A DNA stretch of 64,000 nucleotides, from NCBI RefSeq assembly GCF_026210795.1, contig NC_089432.1, forward strand, positions 2,480,001 to 2,544,000, in the 5' to 3' direction. This DNA comes from Rhizophagus irregularis. Taxonomy: Eukaryota. Under the pieces are notes generated by a model. It had not been told where the DNA came from and searched no databases. It was given only the letters and a program-made list of their open reading frames with translations. Shown in pieces: positions 1-12,262 of this stretch (its first letter is position 1; each line of letters begins with the position of its first letter). The position numbers and the translations under genes are program-made.

Positions 1-1
1 T

Positions 2-307
2 ATTGATAAGAAAAAAGCATTTGAATTATATCAAAAGGCAGCAGATTTAGAAAATACATTTGGAATAACCAACCTAGGAAATTGTTATCTTAATGGAATT
101 GGGACTGGTATTGATTATCAAAAGGCATTTGAATTATATGAAAAGGTATCAAATTTAGGGATGAGTGTAGCTCAATATAATCTTGCTATGATGTATGAGA
201 ATGGAAAAGGAACTGTGAAAAATATAAATAAAGCAATTTATTGGTACAAAAAATCTGCTGAACAAGGAAATCAAGTTGCTCTAAATAAATTAGAGGAGCT
301 TAAATAG
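2..307 (+). CDS. 3' end of a Sel1-repeat protein (probably a kinase-Sel1 gene starting left of the window)
   Basis: Frame 2 reads IDKKKAFELYQKAADLENTFGITNLGNCYLNGIG...AQYNLAMMYENGKG...KAIYWYKKSAEQGNQVALNKLEELK*, stop TAG 305-307; closely similar to the Sel1 tail at 12263-12830. Confidence 0.9.
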   Translation: MDKKKAFELYQKAADLENTFGITNLGNCYLNGIGTGIDYQKAFELYEKVSNLGMSVAQYNLAMMYENGKGTVKNINKAIYWYKKSAEQGNQVALNKLEELK

Positions 308-1676
308 AAAATAAAGAATAATTCATGTAAAAGTAAATTAAGAATATTTGATTAAATATTTAAATAAAATAGCACATAACTAGTAAACCATTATTTTTTA
401 AATATTATTAAATTGCCATCTAATATTTTTAAATTAAAATTTATTAATAAAAATTTTTCATTTACAAGGTATGGTGCCAGAAGTCTATACTTGACAATAA
501 AAATATAACACTTAAAAATCTTCAACTCCTTAAAAAAAAAATACAATTTAGAAAAAATAAATTGGTAACTATATTCTTTGAGGTAAGCTCTATCAAATTA
601 TCGGTCAGATTTTTAAAAGAAGATCTACGTAAAAAGTTATAAGCATTTGAAATTGCATGATTTTCATATGATCGGCCCAAGTTTGAAACAAAATATGTTG
701 GCAGAACTTGTGATAATTTGGGCCGACTCTATGCATTGTGATAATGCCAGCTCGAATTATCATAATATGAATCAAATGTAATTTTTTTAAAAAAAAATTT
801 TTTATCAATGTATAGCTTTTATGAAGTGGTAGTTGCGATTTATTTCCGAAATCTACTTTTTCTTATGTTTTATCTTGTTTGTAATAAAAAATTTTCAAAA
901 ACCGCATTTCATTAGTACTTTACACAAGAAATCCCGGATCACATGATATAGAATCGGCTCAGAAAATTGACCGTATAGACTTCCGGAACAATTTATGTGC
1001 TAATTACTATCTACCTATTTATTGTGCCAAGAAATTAGTATTAATTAAACAATAATTTAATCTATTATTATAATATTACTAGACTAAAGCTGTTCTCAAG
1101 CATCTCCTTCAATTTCATCAAATAGTTACGTTATTGTCACAATCAATAAATTGAAACGATGATTGAGCAATTGAAGGTCATTGAAGAAAAGTGGTTACTA
1201 ATCAATCTATCATTAGGGGCCCTAATTAACCAATTTTTATTTTAGAATTATTAAATTTAACAATAAATACAGTCGTTCCAGGGCCTCGGAACTATTATTA
1301 TTTAAAATTACTCGATTTAATAGCAACAATAAATAGTCAGTTGAGTACATTTTATATCATAATTATTAATTACCTTATAAAACTGCCTAAAGTATTCAAG
1401 GTCTAACAATTTAAATTGAATTATACCAGCAGGGAGGGTATTGATATTATACTATGGGCAGTATATTTCAAGGGAGATAGTACGCTACACAGCCAATATA
1501 CCGAACAATTAATCAGAGTCGTTATTTATTGATCTATTTAAATGACGCTTTATTAGCAAATAAATACAATATCCATAAACGAAATTTTATTGATTAATGG
1601 TTGGTCTTAATCAAAAAAAAATTTTTTACGTCAAATGGTTCTGCCATGTAAAGAGAAAATTTAGGAGAGCATAGTA

Positions 1677-1872
1677 AACATGTAGTGTATGGTTGGCTAT
1701 GTATGTAGGGTATGGTTAAACATCACATATAAAATGATCACGTGACCATACGTGTTACAAAATAGAACGGTCTAGGCCTTTCTATATTTGGTAATAAACA
1801 ATGTAGATCTGTATGGAACGCGTGTGAAATTTTGCATACCCTACATACATAGGTATCCATACAATACATGTT
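1677..1872. mobile_element. MITE-like element with ~38-bp imperfect terminal inverted repeats
   Basis: aacatgtagtgtatggttggctatgtatgtagggtatg (from 1677) is inverted at cataccctacatacataggtatccatacaatacatgtt (to 1872). Confidence 0.6.
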
Positions 1873-3369
1873 ATCGTAACACCCAAAATGTTTTTTAGCG
1901 ATAAAATACTCAGTTATTATAATGAGAATATGCCAAGGGGAAGTTTTTTAGTCAGTGCTATACGGTAACTGTTTCTGAGGAAGAAGCTATTAGGAAACAT
2001 GTTCCTGAATTTGTTTTTGTAAAATTATTTCCATAGTAAAACTTTATTATAAACTTTATTATGAACATTCAAGGCACAATAACAATATGAGAACTTTTTC
2101 ACCTGCACCAAAGGAGTTAAAATTCGGACCACTTTCTTTAGAAAAGACGCTCACTCGAGGAAATTTACAAAAATTCTGCGCTAAAATGTCATGCTCCTTT
2201 ACTTTCGCTTTTATTGACAAGCTAATTCTATATACGTTATATTAAAGTCTTCTTAGATGTCAATGCTTAAGAAAACAATAATGTTGATGTGAAAACATCC
2301 CAAAAGCATCCACAAGCCAGCTGCAATGTATGGAAACTTCTGAATACCGAGTAAATATGATAACGAAGAAATTTTAGCCAGTACTAAAGATCCATATCCT
2401 ATAAAATTATAGACGGTTTTTTGACGTGCACTATGAATTAAGCCTTGAATTTTCTTTGAGTCAAAAAATTTTTACTCGTTTCATTAAAAACTGGCTTGCC
2501 GTTAAATGGTAATGTCTGAATATTGCTAAGAACTTGGAATTAGTATTAGCAAAAGTCAGTTGAATTTAGTGACTTTGACTCAGTTAATTAATAATTACTG
2601 TCAAAATTGATATAATGATTGCTATCATAAAATAGGATATGGAAAATATATGGTACAAGGGCAATTGTTTAAGTGCTAATATAGATGTAGCTTACGCGAT
2701 TTAAAGAAATATTTAATGGCAATCATTATCTAAATTATGCGCTTAATGCCGTTATGTTTGCTTAATTAATTATAAAAAAAAATATCATTTGATTTGAACT
2801 CTAAGATAATAACAGAAAATATCATAAAAATATTATAAATTTCAATGTTTTTCTATTATTAAAGGTAAATGAATCACAAAGTTAATCATTGACATAGATT
2901 TTATTCGGGCAATTGTTAATTAACTTAATTATAATAATAATAGTATATACTTTACAAAAAAACCCAAATTCGACATAAGGCTAATAAAATTATTTTAATA
3001 GGCTGGTAATAGGAATAAATTAGACCTATCATCAAGCTCGTTAATAGTACTAGTAAGAAAATTGTAAACGAATATTTTAGGACTAAATAATAAGACTTTA
3101 AGCATTTTAGTATAATAGTAAAATAATTTTAATACAATATAAGTTTAATAACAACACTATGCAATATCACATTTAAAATAAAATTATAATAAAAATAATA
3201 TTATTGAATATTTATTTAATATTCGCTAAAAATATTATATCTAATTACTATAAAGTGTCATATTGTTAATTTTCACCCAAATTACATCGCCAAAAATAAG
3301 AATCTATTTTGAAACAATAATACATAACAAATGATATGACTTCATTCAATTAAAAAATTTTTGTTTAAA

Positions 3370-4450
3370 TATTACCTACAAAATACGTTAGTGTTTTTAA
3401 TAAAAAAAAATGAAAAGAAAAGTTTCCAAAGTTAGTTAACTTCAAAACTTACCATCCAAGTCCAAAATCTATAAAAGAAGCAGGAAATGTTAATAATTGT
3501 TTCTTTAAAAAAGAAAATTAAATAAAAAAAAATTTGAAGTATGTAACTTTGAAACTCACCATTTTGACATCACGAAGAGCTTTAAGTCCAACTTCGAAAC
3601 TAACCAAGGATTCCTAATTAACGTCCAAATTCAAAGCCAGAACCTATAAAAATAAGAAACCATTAGTTATTAAAAAATAAGGAAAACCCAAGTTTTGTAG
3701 GTGTTGCAAGACTTACCATTTTCATTCCCAGTGGTTTACTCATTTATATTCAAGAGTCCGAAACCTATAAAAGAAGAAAATGAAACATTAAAAATGTTTT
3801 ATTTATTAATGGAACAATTCATTAAATTTCCTCTATCCTTAGTATTGAGGAACCAGTTACCTAAAAAAAAAAAATAAATAAAAATAATGAAGTGTTAATG
3901 ATTATTTCGTCAAATTTTTTTTTTAAAAAATCCTAATATCCATTTCTCAAGATCTAGAAGAACTGACTGCGTATAAAAAATATTAATGATCATTTCATTA
4001 AAAAATGATGGATTTTTTTTTAAAATGAAAACCTTGATATCTATTTCTTGAGATGTGAAGAACTGACTGCCTACAAAATAAAAAAAAAGAACTGTTAGTA
4101 AGGTTCGTCAAAATAAAAAATTAAAAAAACAAAAACTTATAATATTACACTATATTGTTAGCCATTGAAATTCCACATGCCTAAAATGAACTGAAAGACC
4201 CAACTAAAAAAAAGAACCATTATAAACAGTTCATTAAAAAAAATTTTTTAAAAAAGGCAAGATTTTACCAGAATTCTATGCGTTTAAAAACCTTACAACA
4301 ATTCGTTAGAATAAATAAATCATATATTTCCAGGTTTTCTTAACAAGATTCTGTATCTAAAGAGCTGCCTAATAAAGAAGAAACAAAGAATGTTAAAAAT
4401 CATTTATCAAGATAAAATTTACAGGAATGTCATGTCCAAAAAACAGTCTA
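3370..4450 (-). other. Chain of short exon-like blocks with splice signals; possible multi-exon non-coding or decayed transcript
   Basis: On the minus strand, repeated pyrimidine tract-TAG / short GC-richer block / GTRAG pattern with CTAA-type branch sites; no continuous ORF found. Confidence 0.4.
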
Positions 4451-6740
4451 AAAGAAAAAAATCAAAACTAAAAATGTTTATTTAAATAAATAGTCCTTCG
4501 TTGCACTCCAGACTAATAATTTTTTTAATGGAAAGTTAAAGAAAAGAGGGAAAGGGAAAGGACGAAGGAAAGGAGATGGAAAAAAATAAGAGTTCTTTGA
4601 TTGTGCGACTTTGATGATTATCGTTCTTATAATGTAATATAAAGTCATGTGATTTGCTTACGTTACTCTTGCAAATTGAAAAATATAAAAAAAGCTTAAA
4701 ATATTGTGCCAGATAAATAAATACAATGAATAAATTAATAAGTTTAAAGAGATAATAATAAAAAGTTTAACTAAAAGAAGTTAAAAAAATAGCTTAATTT
4801 TTTATATACAGTATTTCATATTGGAGAACAATTAGACTTAGACTTATTTATAAACTTACTAACTAAATAGAAGAAAATCGTATAATAAATATTGTTGATA
4901 AAAATAAATATTAGCACAATACCAAAAATATAAAATTCATTAAATTAATTTTATTATTTTCCTCTGTAATAGCACTGTAATAGTAATATAATAGCTATAT
5001 GAATTTTTTAGTGAATATGCAAAACTGTCGGAAATATTGAAACTCTATTGTTAGTGTATTATAAGCCTTTAATATGGCCTAGTGTAGGCCTATATTTTCA
5101 ATTTTATGTAAAAAATTTGTTTAATATGCTTTTAATAGCCCACAATATGGCTAATTGTTAATAGATTTAGCATATTATAATGCTAATACCAAAATTCGAG
5201 ATTTTTGTAAAGTATGTTTTATCAATATATTTCGTTTATGACATCAGTTGCACCTAAATAAAACAGGTTGGCGAGATACAAGTCTGACATCTCGATCAAC
5301 AGAAATCAAGAAATCATAATTATATATTTCCTAGATATTGTAAGTTTTTACTATTTATGTGGTTTATATTGAACTGTCTTGAACTCTAAATAGAATTATT
5401 ATTGTACGGTGTTGTTTTATATTGGTTAACGTCACGATAAGTAAATAGGCACAGTTACAACTCAAGTAGCTGTGAATTATATAAATATCAAATAAAAAAT
5501 TTTTTACCATCTAACATTACTAAGTTCGACTGAAATCAAGAATTAATTTGTCAGCATTAAGGGGAGGGTGCACATACAGTATTTTAATGTACTATATATT
5601 TATATCCCAGGTCTTTTTTTTATTATATATACTAGCACTTCATAAAGTATCTCACGTTCTTAAAAATAATAATTTAAAAAATCTTTTATTGCAAGTTTTA
5701 ACCAAAGTTAAAGTATTTCCAACTTAAATACTATTACTAAATAAAAATATACTAACACCGAAAATAAGGTTTCCTTAACTAATTATCTAATTTAAATATT
5801 GGTCTATTACTTAAGTAAATTGAATACTACATATTTAAAATTTACTATTTCCAGCAGAAATTTTCACTGTAGAAAACCAATATGCGAATACAATAAAAGA
5901 TTCATTTTTTAGTTCGAACCAAAAAAAAAAGTAAAAAAAATTATTTTTCGTCATTGGAAAAAGGCAAGAATAAAAAAAATGAAAATAATAATTAAAAAAA
6001 TTTTTTATTGGCTTAAAAAAATTCAGTCTATAGTAAGAACCGGGAGAAAATGAAAGGTGATTAATAAAAATTAAATTTTTTTTATTAACATTATTATCTT
6101 AGTAAAAAAAAATATCCGTTCAAAATTTCATTAACCGAAATTGATAAATTATTTATCTGTAGTAAATAACATGTCACACAATTCAAAATTATTTATAAAG
6201 AGGGTAATCCAAATATTACCGGAATTTTTTTAGTTATATAGATGATCCTTTTTATTTTAAAATTTATTTTTGCTGATATATAAATAATAAATCATATTTG
6301 TGATATATAATTAATGTATTACATATAAATCATTACAAATAATATATTAATATAATCAGGTTTCAAAAAATTATTAAATAGACTATAAATATAAACTCAT
6401 GGTCCAATAAATTTAATCAATTTTTAACATTTCGGTTAAATATGACTACAAATTAATCCTTTAATAAGTTTTACAGTTTAGTTATACTTTTTAATACTTT
6501 TACTATAATAACAACATGATCTTGCGTGACTGACGCAATAACTATTATTTATTGTACGGACGCTTAACAATCTGATGTGGCGCTTCGCGCCACATCATAC
6601 CATTATTAAGCACGCCCAAATTTCATATTTTATTTAAAATAACAAAATAATAATAATCATAAGCTAATATTATCTATACTATATATAAAATATGTATTAT
6701 ATAATATCCTATTTTTTTTAAAAAAAAATATATATATATA

Positions 6741-8984
6741 TTATGACCCCACTTTTAAACTTTCTAATTTACTTTGAGCATTCGGATATCCTTGATTTGC
6801 GGAACGTTTATACCAGTAAATCGCTTGATTAATATCCTCATGTTCATACATACTTGCAAGATTATATTGAGCTACACTATACCCTAAATTTGCGGCTTGC
6901 TTATATAATTCAAGCGCCTTTTTATTATTAATATTAGTTCCAATTCCATTAAAATAACAATATCCTAACATTGAGATTCCTCTCAAATAATTTTTTTCTG
7001 CTAATTGTTTAAATATTTCAAAAGCTTTTTTATAATCTTTATTATTATCTTGATCACCTTTTTTATATATCATTGCAAGATTAAATTGAGCTGTTAAACT
7101 TCCATTATTTGCCGCCCTTTTATACCAATAATTTGCCATTCTTGAATCTTTTTTAACACCTATTCCTTTATCATAAAATAAACCAATTTTAAATTCTCCA
7201 GCTGCATGATTTTCGTTAGCTATTTCTTCATAATATTGAAAAGCAATTTCTTCACTTTTTAAAGCACCATCACCAAATTCATGACATAAACCAATATAAT
7301 ATTTTGCTAAATTATAATTTTTTTCCGCCGCTTTAGAGAATAAAGAAAATGCTTCTTCATAATTTTTTTCTATACAAATTCCACAATAATTAAAATATCC
7401 TAATAAAAAGATCAAATTTGTCTTATTATTAATTTGATTATTATTTAAGAACCAAGTATAAATTTCTTGTAAATTAATTTTACAACTATTATTAATATAA
7501 TCCAAAATATTTTCTTTAATTTTAATATCATCATCATTTTTTTCATTAATTGATATATTAATTATTTCAATAATTTTATCAGATATCATAAAAAAATCTT
7601 TTGATAAATTATTTTTGTTTATAATTGATTCATTTGATGAAGTTGATGATGATGTTGGAGTTGTTGAAGTTCCAATTTCTTTAATATTCTTTTTTTCAAA
7701 ATTTTGATAAACATTTTTTTGTAAAATTATTGTTGACAATTTTCTAACAACTTCTTGCATAGATGGTCTTTTATCCGGTTCAACGTCCCAACATTCTAAT
7801 AATAATAATATTTATGAACTGGTTATTATTTTTTTTTTAATGAAAATATAAATATCATTTATATATAAATAAATATTTACCTGTATAAAGTTTTGCATAG
7901 TCACTAGGAGTTTCAGGTATAATAGATTCTCTGAGACCTTGTGAAATTTCTATGGCCAAACCGATATCATATTCACCATTAGTATTAAATGGAGTATATC
8001 CACAAGATATTATCCATAATAATACGCCTACGCTATAAACATCACTTTTTACATTTAATGAGGATAATGCATTACTATTTCGTAAACTAAAACATTTTGG
8101 ATCGACGTACGGAATAATTTTATATAATATTGATTTGGATTCATTTCCAATTCTCTTCGATAATCCAAAATCACCTATTTTGATAGAATTCTGATGAACA
8201 AACACTTTTTTGGAGTGCTTTTTAAATAATTTCGTATTAGATTGATAAATTATATTAAGAGAGAGTTGCGATAAATATAAAAGTAATGAATAAATTAAAT
8301 AAAATAAAATTACCAAACCACAATGTACGATTCCTGCTTCGTGCATAGTCGATACAGCGTAGGCTAATTGAAGCGCCATATTTAATTTATCATTCCATGT
8401 AAGGTCCTTAAAATGTATCTTCAAATAATCTTGAAGGGTACCGCCATTGGCATAATCCATTACTATCATATAACTATTTAACTTCTTATTTTGTATTTCT
8501 AAATAAAAAAAAATTTTTTAAGTAAATTTTTAATTATAAAAAACGTAATAAATATTTTTATCATACCTAGATTAGTAATGCCGTAAAGACGAATATTATC
8601 ATGAAAATTGACCGTATGTTGAAGTTTGAACTTTAAATCATAAATAATATGAATTAATTAATTGTTAATTAGTTATTTAATAAATTATCTTAATATATAT
8701 AATATATATATATATTTTTTTAGATAAATTACCTCGTAAAGAGTTTCTTTAACCATGACAGTATTGATATTTAGAAAAGATTTCAATACGAAACATTTTT
8801 GAGAATTCTTCCAGTTTGCTCGATAAACTTTACCAAAATTTCCTGAACCGATTTCTTGAATATTAGTAAAATCTTTAAATTCATAATGTTTAAGATAATT
8901 TTTAGAAATAGCATCGTTGATCCAATTGATCTCTTTTGAATTATCTGTGGAAACTTTATTAAGTTCCATAGTATTTTTTGACAT
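6741..8984 (-). CDS. TKL-type (pseudo)kinase with C-terminal Sel1 repeats, 5 exons (about 8984-8733, 8630-8567, 8498-8314, 8217-7881, 7795-6741)
   Basis: GSGNFG loop, VLK, DFG, SDVYSVG, CW..P..RP and Sel1 repeats joined in frame by canonical splice sites; catalytic loop reads HCGLHSKK instead of HRDLHSxN. Confidence 0.9.
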
Positions 8985-11900
8985 GTTTGAAATTATTTTT
9001 TTTTTTTTTAAAAAAAAAGGTTATTTACTGCGGGAAAAAATTTAATTTTTAAATAAATGTTTAAAAAGAAAAAATTAATTTTTTTTTTTTTAGAAAAAAA
9101 AAATGAAAACTGCGTGTGTGCATATATATAATTCTTTGAACAAAAGCAATAAAAATAAATAAATAAATAAATAAATAAAAATACCGTATATCATGAACAA
9201 AAGCAAAAAATAAAAAAAATTTAATACTTTTATGGAAAAAAGTTTGTTGTACTGAAATTAGCCTGAAATAGATTTTAAGGCCGTGAAGATCTCGGCCCAA
9301 ATTATTTTAAAAAATGGGGTTGATCAAATGATCAACAATTTGCAAATTATACAAATTTTACAAAATTATACTTGAATAACCAAAAGATAATCATATATAT
9401 AAATTTTGATTAGTCCCCACTGGAGATTATGTAAACTTATTTTAGACGACAAAAAAAATTATAAAATAAAACAAATAATCTGAAAAAAAAAGTATTTTTA
9501 TCGAAAAGTTACTAAATTATTATTTATCATCATTTGACCAAATAATCATAAAAGTTTTTCATTTATGGTAAATATCAATCTTTGTTTCTCGAATGTTATT
9601 GTTTTTGCTTTTGAGAATTGTTTATTTACAAATATAGTAATATAAGTAAACAATTACTTTTGTTATTGTTTACATAAGTATAAAATGAAGAATGTATCAA
9701 AATATTACTAAATTTACTTGTATTTTAACAGGATTTACAAGTACAACATGACAAAGCAATCGTAATTCTATGAAATTCTGAAATTCTGTTTGTTTCGGTG
9801 ATCGTACAACATTATTTTGAAATTTCATATGAATAAATGTTTACTCCTGATACTCCAAATCGACCCAATGATTATATTTGTATATTGTTATTTTATAATC
9901 ATTCAGCAAATAGAATTAATATGTTGATCATTGTTACAAGATTCTTGCTTTTTCGGTAGTAGCCGTTATGCGGTTTTGTGGTGAAGCCCTCTTCAGTCAT
10001 ACGATGAAACATAAATAAATACATGGATGGTAATATACTAATACATAAATAAACTCAATAACGAAATCATTGTACATTATTTAAGCATATATTCTTGGAT
10101 AACTGCAATTTTTAATAAGTCGTTCTAGAAATATATTTAAAATAAGTAGCATTATCAAGTTTATTAAACTGGTCTAAGATACATAAGCATCGTTAACGTC
10201 TTTGTAACTGAAAGTTTAACTTTTTGCAAATCTTCATTTTTCTGACATTTATTAATTCTTGGTGGTTAAGATACGACACCGTATATACAGTACGTTCTTT
10301 TTTTTCCAGTAATGGTTGATGTATGAGATAGTGGATGTTTCTTTTGATAATTTCAGCGGTGTCAATCCCCGCTCGGGAGCCCCCTAAATGCGATAGCGCT
10401 GCGGATAATCGATGACTATTTTAGGTTTAAACAAAATGTTACAAAATCTATAAATAAGGCTTGCTTTCGGATTTTACCGTCTTCAATTTTAGTTTTCTGT
10501 CCAATAAAAATAATAAGCGAAATGCATGATACTGAAAACCGCACAAATTGGAAAAATGTTGAAAATTATTTAGCGTTAAATCTTTTTTTTAATTTAAACG
10601 TCATCGTAAATGTAAGGTAATTTTATTTATAGTGACTAGAATTTGCGTCTTGCAGAGGACTTCGTCCCTTAGCGTAATATTTTTATTATACGAATTAAAT
10701 ATATACAGTAGGTAATTCTAACCAATTTTCTTAATTTTGACTAATTTATTTAATTTAATTTATTAAATTAAATAAAAAAATGGCGACTTTGAATCATTAT
10801 ATCAAATTCCGACAAATCCGATTTGCGGATACGAATAAGAAAACTTTCAATTTTAATTAAAATTTTTATTTGGTTTTTTTTTAATAATAAACACATAATT
10901 TGGCTGGTAAGTCATTAATATTCACTGCGACTTTACAACACTATTATAAAAAATATACCGTGGGTAGTGTAGGTAGTATGAGTGGTGTTGTTGGTGATGA
11001 ATTCCTAATTAGGGATTCCCATAATTAGAATCGATTTTAATCGCGATTAATCGTTTCCAATCGATTGTGCACCATAAAATTTGTGGCAAAGCAATTCCAA
11101 TGATCACAAATTTAACATAAAAACTACTTGAAACCTCATTCTGTTTATTTTAGTGTTGGTTGCCGTAATAGTTATAACCGGTGCCGTAAAGTTTTATGTC
11201 GCAAAATGTATGTATCACGTGACTTATAGAATACTAAGCGATCGTCAAGAAGATTTCCTTTTTGGAAATCAGTGTAACGTCACGTGACATACGTGACATA
11301 ACGCGAAGTAGAATTTAGTAATTCGGGCTGGCATTATAGTTTCGTTTTTTATTCGATAATCAAGTAAAATCTATTCTGATTCGATTTTCGGTTAATTCGA
11401 TGAATTGATTCCAAATTATTCCCTCACTATTTAGTTAATTTAGTGTTAATTTCTTTACTGTGTAGATCTTCCAACAATTACGTTATACATTAGCTTATTT
11501 ATAAATAAACATTTTCACCACATATAAAAATATATTATTTAAAGTAAATACAGTATTAGACTTCAGCAAACTTTTTTGTTCTTTTAAAATAAACATGAGC
11601 CAATAACCAAACTCAATACGTACCGTTACTATTTTAAAAATTAAAAATGTTAATGATTCTAAATAACATAGAATAAGAAACATTTCCTGTAGCAGTAGTG
11701 GCTTTACTATGGCAGTTAGTGGAAATTTTATTTGTAGTAACTGGAAAGAGGGATATTGGGCGTCTTCACGAACCCCGTGATTGAGATTAGGATTGAGATT
11801 GGGATTAAAGATCAGCATGAGATTAGGATTAACGGATTACAATAAGAATCATTAAAAAAAATTTGAGAGTTTTAAGAAACTATCAAAAAAACTCGTTAAT

Positions 11901-12262
11901 AATTTTATTTTATAAAATTTAATTTTATGTCGAGACAATAATATTTTGTTTGAATCTTCATTATATAGTAAGAGTATAATACAAAAAAATAATAAATAAC
12001 ATCAAAAATGCAAATATAATATGCAATATAAATTCTACAAAGATTAAATAAGTAACATAAAGCTTATTTGTTTTATTGTACAAAAGTATAATATTATGCC
12101 TAGTAATATATTAATAGATTATGAATTTTATAAAAGTAAATAGACATCTGTTTATAGTTATTATAAGCAATCATAAATAAAAACTAAAATAATTATTATA
12201 ATATTCTATTTAAATATTTGAACAAATACTGTATTCTTAATTTACTTGATATAAATTGCTTT

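Noticed and set aside
2050..2560. Coding-like patches here and at about 9700-10460, 55600-56200 and 59650-60500
   Set aside because: Slightly GC-richer and probably old gene or transposon remnants, but every frame is broken and I recognise no motif.
9061..9300. Short Phe/Ile/Lys-rich ORFs (also 605, 22097, 58927, 62258)
   Set aside because: Low-complexity translations of AT-rich intergenic DNA.
11495..11850. 107-aa ORF with NPNLNPNLN; telomere-like gattag repeats
   Set aside because: Derived from short gattgagattag repeats typical of transposon subtermini; not TTAGGG arrays and no protein motif.
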